Assembly: GCF_006345805.1 (NCBI RefSeq)
Contig: NC_043016.1
Coordinates: 17,050,001 to 17,114,000, forward strand
Length of the DNA stretch: 64,000 nt
DNA from: Octopus sinensis
Taxonomy: Eukaryota
Direction of reading: 5' to 3'
Below are positions 49,065 to 60,374 of this stretch, in pieces. Position 1 is the first letter of the stretch. Every line of letters begins with the position of its first letter. The position numbers and the translations under genes are program-made. The notes below the pieces were generated by a model. The model saw only the letters and a program-made list of their open reading frames with translations. It was not told the origin of the DNA and made no database searches.

Positions 49065-52000
49065 GTTTCTTTATTAGACACACAGGGCTGCACACAGATA
49101 GAACAAATTACAAGGTAGAGCTTTTCTTTTGAAGGTATTAAAAAAAAAAAAAAAAAAAAGGAAGGGGGAGGTTCGATCAAAAGGGATCGTAAAAGGAGAG
49201 AAAGAGGACAAAAATAAGGGGGGTTAAAAAAAAAAAGGGGGGGGAGAGGAAAAAAAATGATCAATAGGGATCGTTATCACAGAAATGTCAATATGAAGTG
49301 TAAGGGGGAGGACAGGTGAGGTTTACCCGTGGAAAGAAAAGCCTGCGGAAAAGACCACGGTAACCTCGGTCAATGAAGTCACATTTTATATTTCTTTTTT
49401 TTTTTTTTTTTTTTTTTTGCAATAAGCAACTCTCTGTTTTCGATTTCTGGGTTCATAGGACTATGCTCAAGGTGGCTTCGTCATTCATACGTGCCATTCT
49501 TGCTACATTCACCCATCTTTTTTTAAAACATTCGCTAGACAAAACTTGCCTCTCTACTCTCACTTTCCTTTTCAAGTGGTACTTGAAGAAGTTGATGAGA
49601 GATTGACCAGAGAGGAAAGTGTTTGTCTCCAATCCTTTCAGACGCGTCCACCAGATACATTCTTTCGCCATAGCCACAAGGATGATGAAAATAGCTCTTC
49701 CTTCCCGTTTGAAGGAAGGAGGCGTGACAATATTGACGATAGACTCAGCTGATAAACCGACTCGTCCCACACGTGACAGCAGTTGTTCGACATAAGCCCA
49801 CAGGTCGGAAATTGTTGGACACTGAACGAGTGCGTGCAGAACGGTTTCGTCGCTCTGACCGCATCTCGGGCAGGTCGGCCCCGTGTTTCTCGAGCCGTGT
49901 CTGTAGAGCTTATCCCGAACGGGTAGCGCTTCTCGGTAGCACTGCCAGGCCAGGGATCTCTGGAAGTTGTCCATGGGCCCTGGCCCGAAAGTCGTCCCGA
50001 ACAGGCGGGTCAGGTACTCCTCGTCGACGTCCAGGTTCGCCCCGAGCTCGTCGTCGTACCTCCCCTCCACTAAACCCCTATAGAATGCTTTGGTTGTGTT
50101 GAAGTCACTTAAGGTCGACCCAGGACGGCAGAGTTGCTTGAGAGCAACGCGACACTCGCGGTGCCATTCGCCCTTCCTCGGCCTCTTTTTGATCCACGAC
50201 TGCAGTTCGGTCATGGAGACGAGCTGCGGGAAGCGTGCCTCACAAACGGCGACCACACCTGTTCACCGTCGTCTACATAGAGCCAGAGATGTCGCAGTCT
50301 CAGCGCGTGTCTGCGCATCATCAACCACGGCATGCCCAGCCCTCCTTTTAACGGGTGTTGACAGCAAATGGATCGCCTGACCATCGGGACGCATCCTTTC
50401 CACAAGAAGCGAAAGAGGATGCGTTGTAGTTTGGTGATGGTAGGGTCGGGACAAGGTACGACGGTCAGGCGGTAGTAGATGACGGACGCGATGTACGTGT
50501 TCGCCACCTCCGCTCGACCTTTTAGGGACAGTTTCCTCTCGGCCCATTGCCGGGCGAGAGTGACCACCCTACTCGTTATCTCGTTCCAGTTCTTCTCCAC
50601 TTGGAGGTCCGGACCAAACCAGACCCCGAGCAACTCAACCGGGCCGTCGGTCCAGCGTCCCACGACGGAGGCGCTGGTGGACGGCATGGGCTTGCTTCTC
50701 CAGGTGCCTAGTCGCAAGCCCACTGACTTTTCCCGGTTGATTTTCGCTCCTGTCACCGCTTCGTAGTTTTTCAGTGTCTCGCCGACCAGCTCGATGTGCT
50801 CGTGGCTAGACACTATGACGGTGACGTCGTCCGCGTATGCAGACACGCTCGTCCCGCATCCCAATTCTCGCGGGATGCCCCTTAGAGTCGCCAGCTTCCG
50901 CAGTAGTGGCTCAAGAGTCAATACGTATAGAAGCGCCGAGAGGGGGCATCCCTGACGGACCGAACGTGCAATGTCGAAGGTCTCGATAGATGTCCATTTA
51001 CGCGAATTACCGAACGGATGCCTCTGTACAAGGCAGCTATCCAGCCGCGGAAGACGGGACCGAAACCAGCCGCTCTCAGGACTGCCTCCAAGTATCGATG
51101 GTCTACCCTATCAAAGGCTTTCGATTGATCCAAGTTGATCAGGGCCCCACCCATGCCAGGTTCGTTAACTACCCTGTCTATGATGTAGCGCATCAGATGG
51201 AGGTTGTCATGGATGGTCCGGCCTGGCACGGCGCATGTTTGCGCCTTGTCGACCAGTTTCTCGATGACAAGCGCCAACCTCTTGGCTAGCACCTTGGCCA
51301 AAATTTTCAAGTCTGCATTAAGCAGAGTGATGGGCCTAAAGTTATCTATTACATTTCCCTTGTTTAGATCTTTCTTCAGCAGTGTTACGGCTCCTCGGCT
51401 CACAAAACCAGGAATGCTCCCGTTTTGCTGCCAGTTGCAGTACACCGCCGCCAAGAGATCTCCAAACAAGTCTGGCATACAATTGTAAAGCTCGTAGGGT
51501 AGACCATCCAACCCGGTGATTTGTCCCTCGAGCATTCTGCCATCGCTTCCCGCACTTCCGCCGCCGTGATGGCACCTTCGCAGCACCCTGCCTTTCTTGT
51601 CGAGAGTCGTGGTAGGCTATGTAGGTAGGCACTGAAGTCCACCCTACGTTCTTGCCCTCCACTCGAACAGTCGGCAAAATGCTGCTGAAAGGCCTCACAC
51701 ATTTTACTTGGCTCGAGTAATTCGCGCCCCTGTTCATCTACCAGTGACCGAATGGTGGCTTTGTTGCCCTGTTGCGCCTCTGCCACCCGGGCCTCTCTCG
51801 CGGCTCCAACTCCTTCGTTCCTTAGAGCACGCATCCTAGCTCTGACAGCACATCCTTCGTGTTTGGCGTTGAAGTGTTGGTCGAGGGCCAACCTCGCCGC
51901 CAAAACGTCGGATGCGATGCCGCTTCTAATTGCCTCTTCTAGCTTCTTAACTAGCTCACCCTCTACTCTATTTCTATCTATGGCTAGTGCTTTGCTGTAC

Positions 52001-52452
52001 CTAATCGCTTCTGCTTTTACTGCTCTCTTGAGGGCAAACCACCATTTGTTGTTGATGATGGCTCCCGTCAAAGCCCTCTTTACTAGTGTGCTAATCCGGT
52101 CTCTGAAAACTTGTCTCGATGGGAAAGACGCGTTTAGTTTCCAGTATCCGGGACCCTGCCTAAGTGTCTTACCTAAGTCTAGCGTACATGTCACAAGTTT
52201 GTGATCCGTGTAGCTGACTATGTGGAATTGTGGACATCCTATGCTATCTCTATCTACTGTCCTACACAATATCCTATCTAGATACGATCTCGACGACCCG
52301 ATGCGGTTGCTCCATGTCCACGTTGGCGCATTCGGGTGGTCTAGTCGAAACCTGTCAGACAGTTGAAAGCGTCTGAGCAGGTCTCTGAGGCATTTGCATC
52401 CCCGTCTATTCCTATCTCTACCCACGTAGTCTACATGCGTGTCCAAGGTGGA
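49065..52452 (-). mobile_element. 5'-truncated Tx1/L1-clade LINE: ORF2 (C-terminal half of APE endonuclease, RT, Cys-His finger) and 3' UTR
   Basis: Four overlapping ORFs (51400-52446, 50918-51586, 50211-50921, 49453-50256) give SYLDRILC, YTDHKLV, GPGYWKLN, GLDGLPYELY, FRPITLLNADLKILAK, DQSKAFDRVDH, YADD and CPRCGQSDETVLHALVQC. AATAAA at 49075-49070. Confidence 0.93.
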
Positions 52453-52521
52453 CGGGCGGACAGACAGATAGATAGATGGACGGACGGACGGATGGAGAGA
52501 CAGACAGAGAGACAGACAGAC

Positions 52522-52576
<55 letters not shown>

Positions 52577-52817
52577 AAGACAGACAGACAGACAGACAGA
52601 CAGATAGACAGACAGAGAGACAGGCAGACAGACAGACAGATAGATAGATAGATAGATATGTTTCTTTATTGGCCACACAGGGCTGCACACAGACAGGACA
52701 AAATTACAAGGTAGAGCTTTTCTTTTGGGGGTAAAAGAAGGGGGGTTTGGTTTTCGATCAAAAGGGATTGTAAATGGAAAGAAAGAGGACAAAAAAAATA
52801 GATAGAAAGATAGATAG

Positions 52818-52851
<34 letters not shown>

Positions 52852-52873
52852 TTAGATAGGTAGATAGATAGAT

Positions 52874-52934
<61 letters not shown>

Positions 52935-53097
52935 GATAGATAGATAGATAGATAGACAGACAGATAGATAGATAGACAGACAGACAGATAGATAGATAGA
53001 TAGATTGATAGATAGATTGATAGATAGATAGATTGATAGATAGACAGACAGATAGATAGATAGACAGACAGACAGATAGATAGATAGACGGACAGAC

Positions 53098-53132
<35 letters not shown>

Positions 53133-53135
53133 GAG
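52453..53135. repeat. (GATA)n/(GACA)n microsatellite split by a LINE 3' fragment
   Basis: Direct inspection. Confidence 0.95.
52660..52797 (-). mobile_element. ~140-bp extreme 3' fragment of the same LINE family
   Basis: gtttctttatt-gg-cacacagggctgcacacaga...caaggtagagcttttc...tcgatcaaaaggga matches 49065-49215. Confidence 0.85.
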
Positions 53136-53454
53136 AAAATACTCGGTGACCTCACCAGCTAGCTACAAAAAGACAGGGTCTGGGAGAGGAAGGCGGAGAG
53201 CTCTGTGATACGGTCGGCGCCTGTAGGCATGGCACGAGGAGAGCAATTAGACGAAAGCCGAAGCTGGAACAATCAGTGACAGAATCTAATAAAAAGGGTT
53301 CTATTCTCCACCCCTCCCCCTCCTACTCCCCTTCCTCTCCCTTTTCCTTCTCCTCTTCCTCCTCTTGTGCCGCCATATTTTCCATGAATTGTCGCTGGGT
53401 TACAGACATGACGCGTGTTAGGTTTTGACATTCGGACGATGACGGCGACGACCC

Positions 53455-53765
53455 TACTCTTTACTCTTTTACTTGTTTTTAGTCATTTGGCTGCGGCCAT
53501 GCTGGAGCACCGCCGTTTTAATCGAGCAAATCGACCCCCCCCCTTCCCCCAGGACTTACACTTTTAGAAGCCCAGTACTGATTGTATCGGTCTCTTTTTG
53601 CCGAAACGCTAGGTTACGGGGACGTAAACATCCATAATCGGTTGTCAAGCAATGCTAGGGGAACAACACAGACACACAACACACACACCCAACACACACC
53701 AATATATATATACATATATACGACAGGCTTCTTTAAGTTTCCGTCTACCAAATCCACTCACAAGG

Positions 53766-53811
<46 letters not shown>

Positions 53812-53816
53812 TATAT

Positions 53817-53863
<47 letters not shown>

Positions 53864-53922
53864 CATATATATATAAATATAATATATATATATATATTAT
53901 ATATATATATATATATATGTAT

Positions 53923-53971
<49 letters not shown>

Positions 53972-53987
53972 TATATATAATGTCTAT

Positions 53988-54037
<50 letters not shown>

Positions 54038-54553
54038 TATATTTATAATATTACTCTTTTACTTGTTTCAGTCATTTGACTGCGGCCATGCTGGAGCACC
54101 GCCCTTCTATCGAGCAAATCGACCCCCCAACAGAACTTACTCTTTTTAGAAGCCCAGTACTGATTCTATCGGTCACATTTGGCCGAACCGCTAAGTTACG
54201 GGGACGTAAACACATCCATAATCGGTTGTCAAGAAATGCTACGGGGACAAACACAGACACACAAGCACACACACCCATATATAAATATACATATATACGA
54301 CGGGCTTCTTTCAGTTTCCGTCTATCAAATCCACTCACAAGGCTTTATATATATATATACTCTTTTACTTGTTTCAGTCATTTGACTGTGGCCATGCTGG
54401 AGCACCGACGTTTTAATCGAGCAAATCGCCCCCCCCCCCGCAGGACTTACACTTTTAGAAGCCCAGTACTGATTGTATCGGTCTCACTTTGCCGAACCGC
54501 TAAGTAACGGGGACGTAATACACCAGCATCGGTGTCAAGCAATGCTAGGGGGA

Positions 54554-54597
<44 letters not shown>

Positions 54598-54600
54598 AGC
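53455..54600 (-). mobile_element. Three tandem SINE S1 3' halves with long (TA)n
   Basis: Repeated ttgtttcagtcatttgactg...ggacaaacac. Confidence 0.85.
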
Positions 54601-54649
<49 letters not shown>

Positions 54650-56597
54650 CTATAGCAGAATTGCCCGGCGTTGCTCGGGCTGAATTGCTTGAAAGTACTG
54701 TTAATGATTGCACTGAATTCTGATGATTATTCAGGCAAATATTGATATAGCTTACGGTGGGAGATAAGGACTTAACGATCAAACGTGTGCCATTGCATTG
54801 TTTTGGGGAACCAAATTTCTGATGAGCATTATAGGGGCACCAACTTTAAGTTTGAGAAAGTGTGGTGGTAGTCCGGGGTGCTCAAAGGAATTGAGTACCT
54901 CTATTGGATAGTTGATGACGTCCTCTGGGTCAGGAGTTGTATCGATAGACTGATATACATAGACTTCCCCAGAATGAGTTTTAGCATTTCATCATTAATA
55001 TGGTGAACAGTTTATTCCTCGGGCCAGTTAAGCCTTTTTGCCAATCCAATCCATATTCTGATAATTAGCTTGTAGATCTGGGAAACTGCATCTCTGAGAT
55101 CAGAAGGCGTCTTAACAATGGTACAAATGGAATCGATGGCAATATTACCATTTTCATCCCTTGTATTTTGCCTTCGCCAAGTGCAAGGAGGGTGTGAGGA
55201 AATGCTGCTGATGTGATATTACGTCGCATATGAGCACGCATATTGGTGTGAAGTTGAGAGTTACTTCCGTTTATTTTTAAAAATTTGCATTAAAATGGAA
55301 AAAATGATGGTAAATTATTTGTAAAAATCAGACTCATCGTAGACGCGCGCTAATACCCAGAAGGGCTCGATATGAATCACGACTATAAGATACCCGGTTT
55401 GGTTAAACTGCATCGCAAAATGTGGGAGTAGTTAGAAATCTAAATCGGAGTAGACAGACACACAACCTTTCTTTTATATATAAATATTTTCGTCCTAAAA
55501 ACTTTGTATGGATTGAATGGTTACCTCTATGGAAATATATACACACATTATACATACATGTGTGTATAGATGAATATATAAATACATTTAAATATCTATA
55601 TACACTTTTGGGCGATCTTTCTGTTTCTTAGAGATAACTTTAGATCTTATTTTCGTCCTAAAAAACTTTGTATGGAGTGAATAGTTACCTCTATGGAAAT
55701 ATATACACACACGTTATACATACATGTGTGCATAGATGAATATATAAATACATTTATATATCTATATACACTTTTGGGCGATCTTTGTGCTACTTAGAGA
55801 TAACTTTAGATCTTATTTTCGTCCTAAAAAACTTTGTGCGAAGTGAATGGTTACGTCTATGGAAATATATACACACACATTATACATACATCTGTGTATA
55901 GATGGATATATATATACATTTAAATATCTATATACACTTTTGGGCGATCTTTCTGCTACTTGTGTATACTTTAGATCTTATATTCGTCCTAAAAAACTTT
56001 GTATGGAGTGAAAGGTTACCTCTATGGAAATATATACACACACGTTATACATACATCTGTGTATAGATGAATATATAAATACATTTAAATATCTATATAC
56101 ACTTTTGGGCGATCTTTCTGCTACTTGGATATAGGTCTTATATTCGTCGTAAAAAACTTTCCTGTCACACACTCACGCACACGCACACACACACACGCAC
56201 CCTCACACACACACACGCACACACACACTCACACACACGCACGTTAGCTTACAATTTTATTTATATATTTGCGTGTCTATGTGTGTAAAGAGGAAGTGGG
56301 AGGCGGAGTGAAAGAGTCACTCACTACAGAGTGAATTACTTTCACTTTATTCGTTGCACACTGTGCGTGTGCGTTTGCGTGTGCTGTATCCCACACTAAG
56401 AGAAGCATTTGACTCATACACCACAATGTGAGTTTTCTCTAAATTTTGCTTAATTGGGGTTGAAATTTTAAAAATGGACCTGGCACGACCCGATGCATTC
56501 TTACTAATGCTAGGTAAATTGTAATTGAGAAATCCTACTTGTAGATTTCTATAAGATACAAAGGGAGGCAGATAAAATCTGCCTTTTATATAAGAGA
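54650..56597 (-). mobile_element. Composite Helitron: 5' TC end, 165-bp internal repeats, family-A piece, helicase relic, 3' hairpin
   Basis: A|TCtcttatataaaag at 56597; ~165-bp unit repeated ~4 times at 55487-56160; 3' gcccgagcaacgccgggc + ctgctatag at 54680-54650. Confidence 0.65.
54745..55258 (-). pseudogene. Decayed Helitron PIF1-helicase coding fragment
   Basis: Across frameshifts the minus strand reads LHTNMRAH...LLALGEGK...YQSIDT...NYPIEVLNSFEHPGLPPHFLKLKVGAPIMLIRNL...CNGTRLIVKSL, the C-terminal motifs of Helitron/PIF1 helicases. Confidence 0.85.
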
Positions 56598-56599
56598 TA

Positions 56600-56669
56600 T
56601 ATATATACGACAGGCTTCTTTCGGTTTCCGTCTACCAAATCCACTCACAAGGCTTATATATATTAATAT

Positions 56670-56723
<54 letters not shown>

Positions 56724-57009
56724 CCCTCTTACTCTTTACTTGTTTCAGTCATTTGACGCGGCCATGCTGGAGCACCGCCGTTTTAATCGAGCAAATCGAC
56801 CACCCCCGCATGACTTACTCTTTTAGAAGCCCAGTACTGATTGTATCGGTCTCATTTTGCCGAACCGCTAAGTTACGGGGACGTAAACACATCCATAATC
56901 GGTTCTCAAGCGATGCTAGGGGGACAAACACAGACACACAAACACACACACCACACACACACACAACACACACAGCACCCACACACACCACAACACACCA
57001 CACACATAT

Positions 57010-57042
<33 letters not shown>

Positions 57043-57570
57043 AATATATATATACATATATACGAGGGCTTCCGTTCGACAATTTTCCGTCAACCAAATC
57101 CACTCACAAGTCTTTGGTCGGCCCGAGGCTATAGAAGACACTTGCTCAAGGTGCCACGCAGTGGGACTGAACCCGGAACCTTGTGGTTTGTAAGCAAGCT
57201 ACTTACCACACAGCCACTCCTGCGCCTATATATATATATATCTATACATACATATATACGACAGGCTTCTTTAAGTTTCCGTCTACCAAATCCATTCACA
57301 AGGCATTGGTCGGCCCGGGGCTATAGTAGAAGACACTTGCCCAAGGTGCCACGCAGTGGGACTGAACCCGGAACCATGTGGTTAGTAAGCTAGCTACTTA
57401 CCACACACCCACTCCGGCGCCTACATACATATATACGACGGGCTTCTTTCAGTTTCCGTCTACCAAATCCACTCACAAGGCTTTGGTCGGCCCAAGGTGC
57501 CACGCAGTGAGAATGAACCCGGTACCATGTGGTTGGTAAGCAAGGTACTTACCACACAGCCACTCCTCCG
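56600..57570 (-). mobile_element. SINE S1 cluster
   Basis: 3' half at 56730-56950; heads at 57060-57230, 57255-57415 and 57435-57570. Confidence 0.85.
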
Positions 57571-57668
57571 GCTTACAAAAAATTTTTTAAAAATCTGTCG
57601 GTCAAAGTGAAAAGACCCTGAAATAATAATAATAATAATAATGAAAATAAAATGTTATTTCAACTCAC

Positions 57669-57878
57669 CAGCGAATCGTCTTGCGGGAAAACTGCATCAA
57701 AAGCAAACGTCTTCGGAGCAACAATGCCTGTTCTCCGATGAGCAGCTGTTACGTACCCACTCGTTGAAGGGTCATGGAGGGTTATTTGTTTCTTGCGAGC
57801 ATCTACTGAGAGCATTAGGGAGCTGTGGTCCCCGTTATTACCGTTGGGAGGTGAAAATATTCGTACCATAACTTTGAC
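57669..57878 (-). CDS. KIF26: Internal exon (70 codons, phase 0/0) of a kinesin-11 family KIF26-like gene, start of the motor domain
   Basis: VKVMVRIFSP...LSVDARKKQITLHDP...APKTFAFDAVFPQDDSL matches the KIF26A/B pattern VKVMLRI...VDPRKKQITLYDP...PKMFAFDAVFPQD. Acceptor tttttttgttgcag|, donor |gtgagt. Confidence 0.9.
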
Positions 57879-57898
57879 CTGCAACAAAAAAAGACAGA

Positions 57899-58620
57899 CA
57901 TCGGTTATCAAGCGATGTTTTTTGGGGGAGGGCAAACACAGACACACAAACACACGCATATATATATATATATATATATAATATATATATATTTATATAT
58001 ATATAATATAATATATATATATATACATATATACGACAGGCTTCTTTCAGTTTCCGTCTACCAAATCCACTCACAAGGCTTTGGTCGGCCCGAGGCTATA
58101 GCAGAAGATACTTGGCCAAGATGCCACGCAGTGGGACTGAACCCAGAACCATGTGGTTGGTAAACAAGCTACTTACCACACAGCCACTCCTACACCTATC
58201 TATATATACATATATACGACGGTTTCTTTCAGTTTCTGTCTACCAAATCCACTCACAAGGCTTTGGTCGGCCAGAGGCTATAGTAGAAGACACTTGCCCA
58301 AGGTACGACGCAATGGGACTGAAACCGGAACCATGTGGTTGGTAGGCAAGCTACTTACCACACAGCCACTCCTATACATACATATATATATATTACTCTT
58401 TACTCTTTTACTTGTTTCAGTCATTTGACTGCGGACATGCTGGAGCACCGCCTTTTAATCGAGCAAATCGACCCCGGGACTTATTCTTTGTAAGCCCAGT
58501 ACTTATTCTATCGGTCTCTTTTGCCGAACCGCTAAGTGACGGGGACATAAACACACCAGCATCGGTTGTCAAGCAATGCTAGGGGGACAAACACAGACAC
58601 ACAAACATATACACACACAT
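57899..58620 (-). mobile_element. SINE S1 copies; the first is truncated 20 nt before the KIF26 acceptor
   Basis: catcggttatcaagcgatg...(TA)n...heads at ~58195 and ~58370; 3' half at 58395-58620. Confidence 0.85.
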
Positions 58621-58731
58621 ACATTTCAACCACTCTGAAGTCACTCCTTATAAACAGACACTCATTATCGCCCTGGGCTCCTTGAAAGCAGTCAGCTAAA
58701 AGCTTTTTGTGCATTTTGATGTCGACATAAG

Positions 58732-58830
58732 TTCCTTGCCTTTCCTGATGAGAAATCTGCATAATGTAGTCCTTATTCCTTCGGAATTAGGAATATGCAG
58801 CCTTCGAAACATATGTCGAAAATAAAGGAA
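58732..58830 (+). ncRNA. Type-I hammerhead ribozyme fold with canonical core (GUC site)
   Basis: Stem I ttcctt-gcc-tttc / gaaa-ata-aaggaa; CTGATGA 58745-51; stem II 58752-58805 (G-C closing, ctgcata/tatgcag, tcct/agga, attcc/ggaat); GAAA 58806-09; stem III AC-atat-GT; predicted cleavage after C58817. Confidence 0.8.
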
Positions 58831-59037
58831 ATTTGTTAACAAGTCGTTCAACTCCATTCTTTTATATACTTATAATTTTAAAATAAACATACAAATTTCC
58901 GCACGAAAGCACGTAGTCTATGCCCTAGGGACGTAACTTCAACCGTGTTCTTTCTGATGTGAATTTGCTACCCAGGTATCGGTTAACTTTCGAATTATCC
59001 TTAATAAGATAATTCATTCAACTACTCAAATATATAT

Positions 59038-59070
<33 letters not shown>

Positions 59071-59095
59071 ACACATATATATATATACATAAATA

Positions 59096-59577
59096 TCTTT
59101 ATATATAAAAGTGAAGTTGTGTGTCTGTCTCCTACGATTTAGATTCCTAACTACTCCCACATTTTGCGGTGCAGTTTAACCAAAAGCGGGTATCTTATAG
59201 TCGTGATTCATATCGAGCCCTTCTGGGTATTAGCGCGCGTCTACGATTAAAAAAAAAATTACCATCATTTTTTTCCATTTTAATGCATTTTTTCACTATT
59301 AAATTAGGGAAGTAACTCTCTAAAAATGTCTACGATGAGTCTACGATTAAAAAAAAAATACCATCTTTTTTTTCCATTTTAATGCATTTTTACGCTATTA
59401 TATAAGGGAAGTAACTCTCTAAAAATGTCTACGATGAGTCAACGATTTAAAAAAAATTACCATAATTTTTTTTCCATTTTCAATGCATTTTTTTGCTAAT
59501 TTTTGGCTATAACACTCTAAAAATGCTTATATAGTTATTTCCCTTACAAACCCGAGTAACGCCGGGCGATACTGCTA

Positions 59578-59578
<1 letters not shown>
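59096..59578 (+). mobile_element. Complete non-autonomous Helitron family A (483 bp)
   Basis: A|TCtttatatataaaagtg...cccgagtaacgccgggcgatactgCTAG|T; internal ~100-bp repeats. Confidence 0.9.
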
Positions 59579-59615
<37 letters not shown>

Positions 59616-60138
59616 CTGCTTAGATTTTTTACTGTCGTTACTGTCCTGGTTTTGTTACCATTTTTACCCCTCTGCAAAAAGATCTCAATTTTATTTGATT
59701 TGCTTTTCGCAGGAAGGGAAGTTTCTTATCGAAGATACGTCTCGCCTTCACCTTCGAAACGTAGAGTAGATGAAACCATGGCGACTGAAGAAGGGGTTTT
59801 TTTCCTTGTGTTATTGTCCTGTACTCTATTTTTTTGTTGTTTAGAAAATGTCCAGTTCCTTGGGTTTGTGTCATGTTTTCGTTTCTCATTGTGTTCGACG
59901 TTTTTTTGGTGTCCCTGTACTCATATATGCGTGTATATATACATGTAGAGGTAGGTACGTACATATATGTATATATATATATGCATATGTTTTATTTATT
60001 AATATATTATATATTATATAGGTTTTGTTGAATTTTCTGCTGCTTTAAAAAAAGCATATTACTCTACCACTGGTATTTGAGTACTCTTTTTTCCACCTTG
60101 TTTCACATTTATGTGTTTACTCCGGTATACACTATATA

Positions 60139-60194
<56 letters not shown>

Positions 60195-60199
<5 letters not shown>

Positions 60200-60360
60200 A
60201 TCCAAACAAGAAAGCACAAAAAACCTCAATAGACGCCAGTGATTGGTTGAAATTGCCAAATACAAGAAATTTAACCACAAATAGCTTACAACTACAGAAT
60301 TTTCTCAAGAATGCTAAGACAAAAAGATGTTTGATGTGACACATTCTATCAGTATACGAA
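60195..60360. mobile_element. (TA)n-abutting fragment, possibly Penelope-like
   Basis: Starts (ta)n-gttaatccaaacaagaaagcacaaaaaa, identical to the start of 61457-61665. Confidence 0.4.
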
Positions 60361-60374
60361 GTTTAAAAGTGTTT

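Noticed and set aside
53140-53300. Minus-strand GFRLIA... resembling the FRLVAVYAP motif of Tx1 endonucleases
   Set aside because: Only a 5-residue resemblance with no continuing frame; cannot be supported without a search.
59715-59800. TCGAAGA...CGAAACG...GTA and a nearby CTGAAGA, hammerhead-like pieces
   Set aside because: Core is mutated or in the wrong order and stem II does not pair.
59638-59964. ORF ending ...VTKPGQ as a candidate upstream KIF26 exon
   Set aside because: No KIF26 similarity, and the only nearby GT is out of phase with the phase-0 acceptor.
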